Shown piece after piece: positions 18,116 through 28,911 of a stretch of 64,000 nucleotides of DNA. The stretch lies in NCBI GenBank assembly GCA_018394315.1, contig CP074575.1:1954615-2018614 (forward strand). The letters are read 5' to 3'. Source of the stretch: Mycoplasmatota bacterium. Lineage in GTDB: Bacteria > Bacillota_I > Bacilli_A > MAG-NZ. Within the stretch, counting starts at the first letter, position 1. The number at the start of each line of letters is the position of its first letter. Below the pieces are notes generated by a model. That model ran no database searches. It saw nothing but the letters and a program-made list of their open reading frames with translations, and had not been told where the DNA came from. The translations under genes were made by a program, and so were the position numbers.

Positions 18116-18148
18116 AAAGTGTTTCAGCGACTGAAACACTTTTTTTTT
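18116..18148 (+). terminator. Intrinsic, probably bidirectional, terminator
   Basis: AAAGTGTTTCAG-CGA-CTGAAACACTTT plus a T run, between convergent genes. Confidence 0.85.
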
Positions 18149-18178
18149 GGTATAACATAAATTTGTATATAAATACTA

Positions 18179-18517
18179 TTAATTCTCTAACACAACAAAC
18201 GCAACGGCGTAATCTATAGTATGAGAAATTGTTAAATGAATTTTATAATCTAAATATTCACAAATAGGTTTCCCTTTTTTACTTACAATTTCAATATCTA
18301 AGAAGCTGATATCACCAATTCCAGTACCAATTGCTTTTGAAAATGCTTCCTTAGCTGCAAATCTCCCCGCTAAGAACTCTATCTTTCTTTTCTCACTTTT
18401 ATAACTATTTAAAATATCAATTTCATTAGTTGTTAATATTCGTTTTATAAACTTTTCGTTATAATTATCTTTTATTCTTTTGATTTCAATCAAGTCAGTT
18501 CCTATACCGTATATCAT
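18179..18517 (-). CDS. acpS: Holo-ACP synthase
   Basis: [30 protein letters not shown]. Confidence 0.95.
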   Translation of the reverse strand: MIYGIGTDLIEIKRIKDNYNEKFIKRILTTNEIDILNSYKSEKRKIEFLAGRFAAKEAFSKAIGTGIGDISFLDIEIVSKKGKPICEYLDYKIHLTISHTIDYAVAFVVLEN

Positions 18518-20466
18518 AAGTCACCTTTTAGTTCAAGAATTAAGTCTCTTAATGTAGCTGCTCGTTCAAACTCTAAATTTCTGGCTGCTTTTCTCATTTC
18601 TTTATCCAGATCTTTAATCATTTTTTCCAGTTGTGGTTTAGTCATCTTTTTACCTGAAGGATATTTTTCAGTGATTTCTTCAGTTATTTTTATAGATTCT
18701 GGTATTGCTTTTTCAATCGTTTGAGGAATAATTCCATGTTCTTTATTATACTCATCCTGAATCTTCCTTCTTCTATTCGTTTCATCTATTGCGATTTGCA
18801 TAGAATTAGTCAGTTTATTTGCATACATAATTACTGTTCCTGCACTATTTCTCGCGGCTCGTCCGATTGTTTGAATTAAACTTCTTTCACTTCTTAAAAA
18901 TCCTTCCTTATCAGCATCAAGTATTGTTATTAAGGATACCTCTGGAATATCTAAACCTTCTCTTAAAAGATTTATCCCTACGATACAGTCATATATACCT
19001 CGGCGTAAATCTCTTATAATCTCAATCCTTTCAAGAGATTTAATCTTACTGTGTAAGTAAGCAACCTTTATTCCAATCTCTTTTAAGTAATCGGTTAAGT
19101 CTTCACTCATTTTAATTGTCAAAGTTGTAATTAGAGTTCTCTCTTTCTTCTTTATTCTTAACTTAAGTTCCGATATTAAATCGTCAATTTGACCCTCGCT
19201 TGATCTAACTTCGACATAAGGATCAAGTAGTCCCGTAGGTCTAATAATTTGTTCTACAATTTGTTCTCCATGTTCAAGTTCATATGGCCCTGGTGTGGCT
19301 GATACATATATAACTTGTTCTAGTTTTTCTTCGAATTCGTCAAAATCAAGTGGTCTATTGTCTAAAGCGCTCGGTAATCTAAACCCATGATCAACTAGAC
19401 TCATCTTACGTGCTCTATCACCTTTATACATTCCTCTTACTTGTGGTAATGTTACGTGTGACTCATCAATAACCATTAAAAAATCATCAAAGAAATCGAT
19501 CAATGTATAAGGAGTCTCTCCCTCTTCCCTTAAACTAAGATGTCTTGAATAGTTTTCGACTCCTTGACATGTTCCCATTTCTTGTAACATCTCTAAGTCG
19601 TAGTTAGTTCTTTGGCGCAGTCTTTGTTCTTCTAGTAGTTGGTTATTTTCTTTTAATTTAACTAATCTTTCGGCTAACTCATTTTTGATCCTTCGAATTG
19701 CTTCTTCGAATTTATCAGTATTAGTAACAAAGTGACTTGCGGGGAATAAAGAAATGTACTTAAGCTCTCTTAATATTTCTCCAGACACAATATTAAATTC
19801 TCTAATTCTTTCAATTTCATCATCAAAGAATTCAACTCTAATCGCCTTATCTTTTCTATATGTAGGTAGTATTTCTACGACGTCACCTCTTACTCTAAAT
19901 GTTCCTCTATCAAATTCTATATTGTTTCGAACATAATAATTATCAACTAGTTGGCTCAATAAATTATCTCTGCCATATTCAGTCTTAGTTCTTAGTGTAA
20001 TCATTCTAGACTTATAGTCCTCAGGATCACCAATACCATAAATACAACTAACAGATGCAATAACAATTACATCTTTTCTTTCTAAAATACTAGCAGTAGC
20101 TGCATGTCTCATCTCATCTATTTCTTGATTGATTGATGCATCCTTTTCAATATAAGTATCTGAGTGTGCTACATAAGCTTCAGGTTGATAATAATCATAA
20201 TACGAAATAAAATACTCAACTCTATTTTCAGGAAAAAATTCTTTAAATTCATTATAAAGTTGTCCAGCTAATGTTTTATTATGCGCTAATACTAAAACGG
20301 GTTTATTTATATCTTTTATCACATTACTTATAGTAAATGTTTTTCCTGTTCCTGTAGCACCTAAAAGTACTTGCTTTTTCAAGCCTTTATTAATACCATC
20401 TACTAATTGTTTAATAGCTCTTCCTTGATCTCCTGCTGGTTTAAAATCTGAGACTAGTTTATACAT
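18514..20466 (-). CDS. uvrB: Excinuclease ABC subunit B
   Basis: [36 protein letters not shown]-terminal UVR domain. Confidence 0.98.
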   Translation of the reverse strand: MYKLVSDFKPAGDQGRAIKQLVDGINKGLKKQVLLGATGTGKTFTISNVIKDINKPVLVLAHNKTLAGQLYNEFKEFFPENRVEYFISYYDYYQPEAYVAHSDTYIEKDASINQEIDEMRHAATASILERKDVIVIASVSCIYGIGDPEDYKSRMITLRTKTEYGRDNLLSQLVDNYYVRNNIEFDRGTFRVRGDVVEILPTYRKDKAIRVEFFDDEIERIREFNIVSGEILRELKYISLFPASHFVTNTDKFEEAIRRIKNELAERLVKLKENNQLLEEQRLRQRTNYDLEMLQEMGTCQGVENYSRHLSLREEGETPYTLIDFFDDFLMVIDESHVTLPQVRGMYKGDRARKMSLVDHGFRLPSALDNRPLDFDEFEEKLEQVIYVSATPGPYELEHGEQIVEQIIRPTGLLDPYVEVRSSEGQIDDLISELKLRIKKKERTLITTLTIKMSEDLTDYLKEIGIKVAYLHSKIKSLERIEIIRDLRRGIYDCIVGINLLREGLDIPEVSLITILDADKEGFLRSERSLIQTIGRAARNSAGTVIMYANKLTNSMQIAIDETNRRRKIQDEYNKEHGIIPQTIEKAIPESIKITEEITEKYPSGKKMTKPQLEKMIKDLDKEMRKAARNLEFERAATLRDLILELKGDL

Positions 20467-20525
20467 ATAATCATTCCTTTAGACTATTATAACATTCAAA
20501 ATAAAAAAAAGAATGAAAATCATTC

Positions 20526-21737
20526 TCATTCTTCATATATAGTTTTAACATTAGGGAATAAATCCAAAGCTCTTTCAAATATTCCGTGAACATAAGCTAT
20601 CAATACTCCATAGTTCACAATTGGTATTTCTTTCTCCTTAGCTTGATTAATTCTATGTAGTACTTCTTTTCTATTCAACATACAAGCTCCACAGTGAACT
20701 ATTAATTGATAATCCTTGATATTTTCAGGAAAACCATGACCAGAGTAATAATCAAATATTATCGACTTACCTGTACTTTTAGTTAACCATCTTGGTATTT
20801 TTACAGTACCAATGTCATCTGCTTGACGATGATGCGTACAGCCCTCAGCAATTAGTACTTTATCATCATCTTTCAAACTATCGATAGATTTTGCCCCTCT
20901 TACTAGTTCTTCAAGATCACCCTTATGCCTAGCAAAAAGTATACTAAACGAAGTTAGCGGTATATCTTCTGGTACAATTTTAGAAACCATCCCAAAGGCT
21001 TGTGAATCAGTTATAACCATCTTCGGCTTATTCTTTAAACTCTCTAAGGTCTTCTCTAACTCAAATTCTTTAGTTACTAGCCCAATACCATCGCTATCTA
21101 ATATATCTCTTAGAACCTGTTGTTGAGGTAAAATGATTCTGCCCTTTGGTGCTGCTGAATCAATAGGAGTAACTAATACAACAACATCACTAGGGTCAAT
21201 CAAATCTCCTACTATTTCGAATTTATCTTCAGTTGCTGCAATTTTTCCTAATTCTTTTTTAAGTTTCTCAATACCCTCTTTAGTTTTACTTGATACGTTA
21301 ACTACTTTAAAATCAACCGAATGCACTCTAATTTCATTAGCTAAGTCTGTTTTATGAGCAACTATAATTCCTGGAAGTCCTTTGTCTTTAACTTTTCTAA
21401 TGATTTCTTCGTCAAATCTATCTATTCCAGTTGATGCGTCAACAACTATTATCGCAATATCAGCTTTATTTAGAACACTTAAGGATTTACTAACTCTTAA
21501 TTCACCTAATATACCTACATCATCTAATCCTGCAGTGTCGATTAAGACACATGGCCCTAAAGGTAATATCTCAATGGTTTTAAATACCGGGTCTGCGGTT
21601 GTTCCTAAAACATCTGAAACAATCGCTATATCCTGATTAGTCAATGCGTTTATTAAACTTGACTTTCCAGAATTTCTTTTACCGAATATCGCAATGTGAA
21701 ATCTATTTGATCTTGGTGTGTTTTTCATGTAATTCAC
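20526..21737 (-). CDS. hydF: [FeFe]-hydrogenase maturation GTPase
   Basis: GKRNSGKSS, DTAG, APKGRIILPQ, EGCTHH...HCGACM. Confidence 0.96.
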   Translation of the reverse strand: MNYMKNTPRSNRFHIAIFGKRNSGKSSLINALTNQDIAIVSDVLGTTADPVFKTIEILPLGPCVLIDTAGLDDVGILGELRVSKSLSVLNKADIAIIVVDASTGIDRFDEEIIRKVKDKGLPGIIVAHKTDLANEIRVHSVDFKVVNVSSKTKEGIEKLKKELGKIAATEDKFEIVGDLIDPSDVVVLVTPIDSAAPKGRIILPQQQVLRDILDSDGIGLVTKEFELEKTLESLKNKPKMVITDSQAFGMVSKIVPEDIPLTSFSILFARHKGDLEELVRGAKSIDSLKDDDKVLIAEGCTHHRQADDIGTVKIPRWLTKSTGKSIIFDYYSGHGFPENIKDYQLIVHCGACMLNRKEVLHRINQAKEKEIPIVNYGVLIAYVHGIFERALDLFPNVKTIYEE

Positions 21738-21743
21738 CCTCTT

Positions 21744-23129
21744 TTATAAGAATAAATCTCTTTCCCCATTCTCTATCCTATTTATATTTTCTCGCGTAAG
21801 CTCTCTGATTTTATCATTTTTTAACTTATCTATAGATGAAAGGATAAATTTCTTTCCTTTTACTTTCAACTCTTCGTCAGCGCAATCATCTAAATATTCC
21901 ATTAATGTCATTAGTGCGTTTGGTTCACAAACATTATGAATTTGACCAGACTTAGCTAATTGCATAAATCTATCACCTGTTCTCCCACTTCTGTAACAGG
22001 CCGTACAGAAAGAAGGGATGTAACCATCATCTACTAAATCGTTAATTACCTGTAATACACTTCTTTCATCTGATAACTCAAATTGCGGAACTTCCTTCTG
22101 TATTCCAGCCTTTTTAGCTTCTTCATCCTCAACATATCCGCCAACTTCAGTTATTGATCCAGCACTAATCTGAGAAACGCCTTGATTCAATAACCTTTCT
22201 CGCATTTCTTGAGTTTCTCTTGTAGATAAAATAATTCCAGTGAATGGTATTACCAATCTAATTATTGATACTACATGCTTGAATTCTTCATCAGTTACTA
22301 AATGCGGAAACTCGTTTAAATCCATTCCTTCAGCTTTTTTCAATCTAGGTACAGAAACTGTATGGAATCCCACACCAAAATTTTCTTCAAGATGTTCGTT
22401 ATGAATTAAAAGAGCTAACACCTCATATTTATAATCATATAATCCAAGTAAGATTCCAGCTCCAACATCATCAATTCCCGCTTCTTGTGCTCTATCAAAC
22501 GCTGTAAGATGATAATCATAATCACCTTTTAGTGACTTTGGATGCATAAATTCAAACGTTGGTTTATGATATGTCTCTTGAAATAGAATATAAGTACCAA
22601 TACCAACCTCTAATAACTTCTTATAATTTTCAACTGTAGTTGCAGCAACATTAACATTAATTCTCCTAATATCACTAGACTCATAGATTGCGTTTAAACA
22701 ATCTAAAAAATATTCTATAGGTAAATTAACCGGGTCTTCCCCAGACTCAAATGCTAAACGCTTATGACCTGCTTTTTCTAGTATTAAAGCCTCTTGTTTT
22801 ACTTGTTCAATTGTAAGTTTCTTTCTTGGAAATTTGTTATCTCTTTTATAACCACAATATTTACAGTTATTAACGCAATAATCTGACACATATATAGGGG
22901 CAAAAGTTACTATTCTTTTTCCGTAAATCTCTTCTTTAATCTTACCAGCAATTTCATAGATTTTTTCTATTTGTTCATTTTCAGACGCATTTAATAATCT
23001 TGCTACTTCAAGATGAGATAATTTTTCTCTTCTATAAGTTTTTTCTAGAATTTTTTCTATTTGTTCATGTGTAGGGTTTTCACCCTCCTTTAAAACTTTC
23101 TCTATATATTCAGCATTCAAATTTTTCAT
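21744..23129 (-). CDS. hydG: [FeFe]-hydrogenase maturase HydG (radical SAM)
   Basis: CVNNCKYC, YILFQETYH, HTVSVPRL, C-terminal PSFCTACYR...C. Confidence 0.95.
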   Translation of the reverse strand: MKNLNAEYIEKVLKEGENPTHEQIEKILEKTYRREKLSHLEVARLLNASENEQIEKIYEIAGKIKEEIYGKRIVTFAPIYVSDYCVNNCKYCGYKRDNKFPRKKLTIEQVKQEALILEKAGHKRLAFESGEDPVNLPIEYFLDCLNAIYESSDIRRINVNVAATTVENYKKLLEVGIGTYILFQETYHKPTFEFMHPKSLKGDYDYHLTAFDRAQEAGIDDVGAGILLGLYDYKYEVLALLIHNEHLEENFGVGFHTVSVPRLKKAEGMDLNEFPHLVTDEEFKHVVSIIRLVIPFTGIILSTRETQEMRERLLNQGVSQISAGSITEVGGYVEDEEAKKAGIQKEVPQFELSDERSVLQVINDLVDDGYIPSFCTACYRSGRTGDRFMQLAKSGQIHNVCEPNALMTLMEYLDDCADEELKVKGKKFILSSIDKLKNDKIRELTRENINRIENGERDLFL

Positions 23130-23130
23130 A

Positions 23131-24252
23131 TTATCCTCCGAAATTCTTATGGTGTCCTATACCCATATCTACAACAAATCCTGTGAAATTTATTCTATTT
23201 TCAATACAGTTCCTACAATGAGCAGCTTCATCGCCTGTACAAATTTTATGTTGATAAATTTCATATTTAACTCTATGTTCAACCGGAGACAGATTAGGCA
23301 TAACAACATTAGCTCCTGCCTTTAAAGCCTCTTCTCTACCAGTATTACTTAATGTTCCTAAAGCTGTAGTTGATGGTAATAAACAGTTGGGTAGAATCAA
23401 CCTAGTTAACGCTACCATTACTAGTGTTTGGTTAAGCGTTCCACTAACATTACCCTTAAGTGGAGTTTCACTATGGCATAAATACGGTCCGATCCCACAC
23501 ATCTCTGGTTTTAATTTTTGTAAAAATAATAAGTCCTCAACCAAATCCTCATTTGTTTGTGTTGGTAAACCTACCATAAAACCTGCACCAACTTGGTAAC
23601 CTATATCTTTTAAGTTATATAAACTCTTAATTCTATTATCATAACTACTAGAATCTGGATGAATATAATCATAAAGTCTTCTAGAAGCAGACTCATGCCT
23701 GAGTAAATACCTATTTGCACCAGCATCAAATAATTTTTGATAACTTTCTTTTGTTCTTTCACCTATTGATAATGTAATTGCAGTATCTGGATGATTTTTT
23801 TTAATACTCGAAACGATGTCACATAATAATTCATCGTTATAGTACTTATCTTCACCAGCTTGCAAGACAAAAGTTCGGTATCCTAACAAATACCCTTCAT
23901 TAGCACAGTTAAGAATACTATCCTTATCTAGTCTATATCTATCGACCAGTTTGTTATTTCTTCTAATCCCACAATACTTACATCCTTGAGAACAATAGTT
24001 AGAAATTTCAATTAGAGCTCTCATATACACACTATTTCCAAAATTCTCTTCTCTCACGCTATAAGCAAGTTCCCTTAAAAGTTTAAATTCTTCTTGTGTA
24101 ATATTATCAAGTACAAACAAAAATTCTTCTTTAGAAAGCGTTTTATTTTTCTTCAAAAAATATAGTAAATTTTTTACCTTTTCACTTTCCTTTGAGGGAT
24201 TTTTGATCTCTAAATTAGATAATATAATAACAATCACCTCGTCTCCAATCAT
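23131..24252 (-). CDS. hydE: [FeFe]-hydrogenase maturase HydE (radical SAM)
   Basis: IEISNYCSQGCKYC, RYLLRHE, GANVVMPNLSP...YEIY; start codon uncertain. Confidence 0.93.
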   Translation of the reverse strand: MIGDEVIVIILSNLEIKNPSKESEKVKNLLYFLKKNKTLSKEEFLFVLDNITQEEFKLLRELAYSVREENFGNSVYMRALIEISNYCSQGCKYCGIRRNNKLVDRYRLDKDSILNCANEGYLLGYRTFVLQAGEDKYYNDELLCDIVSSIKKNHPDTAITLSIGERTKESYQKLFDAGANRYLLRHESASRRLYDYIHPDSSSYDNRIKSLYNLKDIGYQVGAGFMVGLPTQTNEDLVEDLLFLQKLKPEMCGIGPYLCHSETPLKGNVSGTLNQTLVMVALTRLILPNCLLPSTTALGTLSNTGREEALKAGANVVMPNLSPVEHRVKYEIYQHKICTGDEAAHCRNCIENRINFTGFVVDMGIGHHKNFGG

Positions 24253-24407
24253 ACATTTTATTTTTATCCATAAAGTTACATTATATCCGTAACATATATT
24301 ACAATATCATAAATTATTCTTTTTTTCTACATTTTACTCATTAAAATAAATTTTTACTATTTCTTTATGGTAAACTAAAGAATAATAACTATAAAGGATG
24401 ATTCTAG

Positions 24408-25997
24408 ATGAAAACACTATTAATCGGTATAAACTCAAAATATATACATCCTAATTTGGCTATTAGATTGCTTAAGCAAAATAGCTCGCATGATATTTTC
24501 ATTAAAGAATTTACGATAAAAGATAAGCTCGAAACTATCCTTGATTTCATAAATGGTCATTCAGCAAAAGTAATTGGGATAAGTGTCTATATCTGGAACG
24601 TTGAAATAGTGAAAATAATGCTTCCTTTAATTAAGGATAAAATTATAATATTAGGTGGTCCCGAGGTATCTTATGACTCAGATCATTATTTTGATTACAA
24701 TATAGATTTTATTATAAAGGGCGAAGGTGAAAACTCATTCAATGCTTTGCTGACAGCACTAGAAAAAGACCTCTCATATAAAAACATAAGCGGGTTAAGT
24801 TTCAAAGATAAAAAAGTGTGTTCTAATCCAATTGAAGCAATAGACCTTGAAACTATAGAATTTGCTAACTCCATGAATTTTGACAAATGTCAAATTCAAT
24901 ATATTGAAGCTTCTAGAGGATGTCCTTTTAGATGCTCATATTGTTTAGCTTCGCTTGAAAAACCTGTAAGATACTTTGAAATAAATAAAGTAAAAAACAA
25001 CATAAAGTATCTAATTAATAAAGGAGCCAAAACTTTTAAGTTTCTTGATAGAACTTTCAATTTCAATGTCGAAAACTCATTAGAAATCATCAAATTCATC
25101 ATTGATAATCATCATTCAAATAACGTATTTCAATTCGAAATAACTGGCGATATTTTAAGCGATAAGTTAGTCAATTTAATACATACCGCACCCAGAGGTT
25201 TATTTAGATTTGAAATAGGTATTCAGTCCACCAACATTCTAACAAATTTTTCCATAAAACGATACCAAAACACTATGAAACTGCTTACAATTATCAAAAA
25301 CATCAATGAAAAGGCTATCATTGATTTACATTTAGATTTAATAGCGGGATTACCACATGAAAACTTAGACAGTTTTAGGAAAACGTTTAACGAAGTTTTC
25401 AAACTTAAAGCAAAAGAATTACAGTTAGGTTTCCTAAAAATGCTTCCCGGAACTAAGATAAGAAAGGAAGCTATAAAATATAAATATAAGTACTCTAAAA
25501 AAGCTCCATATGAAATAATAGAAAATCAATTTTTATCTCAAGATGACATTAAAAAAATCAAAACAGTTGAAGAAGTTTTAGAGAGATATTGGAATAAGGG
25601 ATTTATGAATAAAACTATGGAGTATTTACTTAATGATCCATTTGACTTCTTCTTAGATTTTGGTAATTACTATGAATCTAGATATACATGGTTCGATTAT
25701 CAGCTGAATGATTTATACGTTAGATTACTTGATTATACAAAAGATTTAAATGATCCCATGATTAAAGAATTACTAATATATGATTATTTAAATTATCACA
25801 AACAAAAGCCAAAAAAATGGTGGGAACCCTTAGAAAAAAAAGAGAAGAATGAAATATTAAGAAAGTTTTCAAAAATAAATACTGATTATAACATAGATGA
25901 ACTATATAAATACGCTATTGTCGAAAAAGTAGTTAATTACATCATTTGTGTATACAAACCTGAAAGTAAAAAATTATATATTGTCGAAGATGTATAA
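24408..25997 (+). CDS. B12-binding-domain radical SAM protein (DUF4080-type)
   Basis: NSKYIHPNLA, GGPEVSY, SRGCPFRCSYC, FLDRTFN, HLDLIAGLP, LQLGFLK. Confidence 0.88.
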   Translation: MKTLLIGINSKYIHPNLAIRLLKQNSSHDIFIKEFTIKDKLETILDFINGHSAKVIGISVYIWNVEIVKIMLPLIKDKIIILGGPEVSYDSDHYFDYNIDFIIKGEGENSFNALLTALEKDLSYKNISGLSFKDKKVCSNPIEAIDLETIEFANSMNFDKCQIQYIEASRGCPFRCSYCLASLEKPVRYFEINKVKNNIKYLINKGAKTFKFLDRTFNFNVENSLEIIKFIIDNHHSNNVFQFEITGDILSDKLVNLIHTAPRGLFRFEIGIQSTNILTNFSIKRYQNTMKLLTIIKNINEKAIIDLHLDLIAGLPHENLDSFRKTFNEVFKLKAKELQLGFLKMLPGTKIRKEAIKYKYKYSKKAPYEIIENQFLSQDDIKKIKTVEEVLERYWNKGFMNKTMEYLLNDPFDFFLDFGNYYESRYTWFDYQLNDLYVRLLDYTKDLNDPMIKELLIYDYLNYHKQKPKKWWEPLEKKEKNEILRKFSKINTDYNIDELYKYAIVEKVVNYIICVYKPESKKLYIVEDV

Positions 25998-26058
25998 ATA
26001 CTCGTTACTAGTAAAAAATACCGTCTAGGTAGAGATTCTACTTAGGAAGGTATTTTTT

Positions 26059-27420
26059 ATGCTAGAAAAAATTGATGTAAATATAAAACATATAACACAA
26101 AACAGCAAGAGGGTAAGACCTGGTTCATTATTCATCTCAATGAACGATTTACATCTAAGTGAAGCAATAGAAAACGGTGCAAGTGCAATTATTAGTAACA
26201 AAAATTTAAAATTAGACATACCAACCTATAGAGTAAACCCTAAAGTAGCATATGCTGAAGTATTAAAAGAATTTTATCATCACAATCTATTCTTAGTTGG
26301 AATAACTGGAACTGATGGAAAAACAACTACTTCTTCAATAATAAAACACCTTTTAGGAAATGAGTGCGGGATAATTGGTACTAATGGGATTAAGTATAAA
26401 GATAAAAAGCTTGAATCCAAACTTACTACTCCTATTCTAGAAGACATTTACAAGTATTTAAACATTTTTCAAAAAGAAAAGATAGAAACAGCAGTTCTCG
26501 AAGCTTCTAGTGAAGGAATAATAGATAATAGAATAAACGGATTAAATTTCGACATATGTATTTTTACTAATCTAAGTCATGAACACTTAAATACACATAA
26601 GAATATGAGTAATTATTTACAAAGCAAATTAAAACTATTTAAAGAAATGAAACGAGACGGAATAGCAGTCATAAATATAGACGATGATTATTTCAAAGAA
26701 TTAAATGAATCAATTGATAATCCAATCATTACATACGGGACAAATAAAGACGCAGACTTTCAAATAGTTGATATAAGACACAATGATAACTTAACTTCTT
26801 TTACTCTTAAGAACAAAAATAATACATATGAAATAACAACTAACTTACTTGGAAAATATAATATCTACAACATCACTGCAGCACTTATCGCAGCAGGCAA
26901 ACAAAAAGACATTAATACTTTAATACCTAAACTTAATAATATACCAGAAATCGAAGGTAGATTCGTTCATGTAAAAAATGATAAAGAAATAAATGTAGTT
27001 GTAGACTTTGCTCATACACCAAACGCAATTAAAAACTTACTTGAAACAATCAATATAAGGAAAAAAGGAAATAGTATATTAGTAATTGGAGCAGCGGGAG
27101 AAAAGGATAAAACAAAAAGAAAAACAATGGGAAAAATAGCTACAGAAAACAGTGACTTCGTAGTATTTACCTCAGAAGATCCTAAATTTGAAGATGAATC
27201 GAAAATAATAGAAGATCTTTTAAAAGAAGTAACTTCCGAAAACTATATAAAAATATATGACCGAAAAGAGGCAATAAGAGCAGCTATACATATCGCTAGA
27301 ATGAATGATACTGTAATTATTACCGGTAAAGGTAATGAACAATACATGAAAAAAAATAATAAACTCACTAAACATAACGATATCGAAATCGCAAGAGAAT
27401 TTATTAATAAAAAAGAATGA
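26059..27420 (+). CDS. murE: UDP-MurNAc-tripeptide synthetase (MurE family)
   Basis: GITGTDGKTTT, LTTP, EASSEG, FTNLSHEHL, GRF, DFAHTP, TSEDP, GKG.E. Confidence 0.88.
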   Translation: MLEKIDVNIKHITQNSKRVRPGSLFISMNDLHLSEAIENGASAIISNKNLKLDIPTYRVNPKVAYAEVLKEFYHHNLFLVGITGTDGKTTTSSIIKHLLGNECGIIGTNGIKYKDKKLESKLTTPILEDIYKYLNIFQKEKIETAVLEASSEGIIDNRINGLNFDICIFTNLSHEHLNTHKNMSNYLQSKLKLFKEMKRDGIAVINIDDDYFKELNESIDNPIITYGTNKDADFQIVDIRHNDNLTSFTLKNKNNTYEITTNLLGKYNIYNITAALIAAGKQKDINTLIPKLNNIPEIEGRFVHVKNDKEINVVVDFAHTPNAIKNLLETINIRKKGNSILVIGAAGEKDKTKRKTMGKIATENSDFVVFTSEDPKFEDESKIIEDLLKEVTSENYIKIYDRKEAIRAAIHIARMNDTVIITGKGNEQYMKKNNKLTKHNDIEIAREFINKKE

Positions 27421-27421
27421 C

Positions 27422-28900
27422 TTATGAGTTCCACTCATCAAGCCATTCTTTTTTATCTTTAAACTTTACAATTTGCATAGTATTTGTTTGAGCAGTAGTT
27501 TTACCAAAAGGTAATCCTGCTGTTACAATAGCTCTATCACCAAATTCACGAAGTGATTTCTTAAATTTCATGACGTGATTGACACCGTAACTTACCATTT
27601 CTTCGAAGCAAGTTACTTCTCCTCCCATTACAGTTGGAAATACTCCCCAGTTTAATGCTAATCCTCTTGCGACACTTTCAGAACGCACTAGTGCTAAAAT
27701 AGAACACTTTGGTCTAAACTGTGAGATTAGTCTAGCAGTATAACCACTCATAGAAGGACAAATTATACTTACAATTGGAAGTGACTCAACACACTGCGCA
27801 GTAGACACAGCTACAGCTCTAGCACTTCTATCGTCACTTGGTTTTTTAATTATACGATTAAACATTTTTTTATAGTTAATACTTGGTTCAATAGTTAACG
27901 CAATTTTACTCATCATTTTCACCACTTTTACTGGATAATTTCCAACAGCAGTTTCACCACTAAGCATAATTGCATCAGTACCATCTAATACAGCGTTCGC
28001 GATGTCACTAACTTCTGCTCTTGTAGGTGTGATATTTTCGATCATTGACTCCAACATTTGAGTAGCAATGATTATAATTTTTCCCTCTATATGGGCTTTT
28101 TCAATCATTTTACGTTGAATTAACGGAACTCTCTCAACGTTCACCTCAACACCTAGGTCACCCCTAGCTACCATTACACCATCAGCAACTTCTAATATTT
28201 CCTCTAAGTTGTCATATCCTTGTTGATTCTCAATTTTGGCGATAATTTGAATATGGTCGTTTCCTTTTTCTTTTAGGATTTTTCTAATGTCAAGAATATC
28301 AAACTTATCTCTAACAAATGAAGCAGCAATAAAATCTAATCGCTGATCACATCCAAATTCAATATCATTTCTATCTTTTATTGAGATAAAAGGCAGCTTT
28401 AATTTAACATTTGGTAGATTAACACCTCTACGACTTTTTACCTCATGAGTATTAACAGCTCTAGTTTCTACAATCTTATTAGTTTCATCAATATTTATAA
28501 TATCTAATACTAGATAACCATCGTCTATCAATACTTTATCTCCAACTTTAACGTCATTTATTAATTCTTCATATGTAACTGAGAATTCATTAGCATTACC
28601 TAATATTTCTTTCATATGGATTCTTACAATTGAACCCTTAATTATTTCTACTTCACCATTTTCAAATTCATGAGTCCTAATTTCTGGACCTTTAGTATCT
28701 AATAATATAGCTACTGGGAATTGAAGTTCTTTATTCACTTCTCTAATTTTCTGAATTCTTTCACCTTGTTCCTGATGATTCCCATGTGAAAAATTGAGTC
28801 TAGCTACATTCATACCAGCTAGTGCTAATTCTTTTATTATTTTTTTTGAATCAGATGCTGGACCTAGTGTACAAATAATTTTTGTTTTTCTAATATTCAT
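27422..28900 (-). CDS. pyk: Pyruvate kinase
   Basis: TKIICTLGPAS, RLNFSHG, DTKGPEIR, MVARGDLG, ATQMLESM, MLSGETA. Confidence 0.97.
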   Translation of the reverse strand: MNIRKTKIICTLGPASDSKKIIKELALAGMNVARLNFSHGNHQEQGERIQKIREVNKELQFPVAILLDTKGPEIRTHEFENGEVEIIKGSIVRIHMKEILGNANEFSVTYEELINDVKVGDKVLIDDGYLVLDIINIDETNKIVETRAVNTHEVKSRRGVNLPNVKLKLPFISIKDRNDIEFGCDQRLDFIAASFVRDKFDILDIRKILKEKGNDHIQIIAKIENQQGYDNLEEILEVADGVMVARGDLGVEVNVERVPLIQRKMIEKAHIEGKIIIIATQMLESMIENITPTRAEVSDIANAVLDGTDAIMLSGETAVGNYPVKVVKMMSKIALTIEPSINYKKMFNRIIKKPSDDRSARAVAVSTAQCVESLPIVSIICPSMSGYTARLISQFRPKCSILALVRSESVARGLALNWGVFPTVMGGEVTCFEEMVSYGVNHVMKFKKSLREFGDRAIVTAGLPFGKTTAQTNTMQIVKFKDKKEWLDEWNS

Positions 28901-28911
28901 AATTAACCTCT

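Noticed and set aside
20467..20530. Possible LexA (SOS) box upstream of uvrB
   Set aside because: No GAAC-N4-GTTC; the AGAATGA-AAA-TCATTCT repeat fits better as the hydF terminator
25919..25988. Two TGTCGAA (Spo0A-box) matches upstream of murE
   Set aside because: Both fall in coding sequence as Ile-Val-Glu codons, and the same 7-mer occurs elsewhere inside the gene (about 25067), so chance is sufficient
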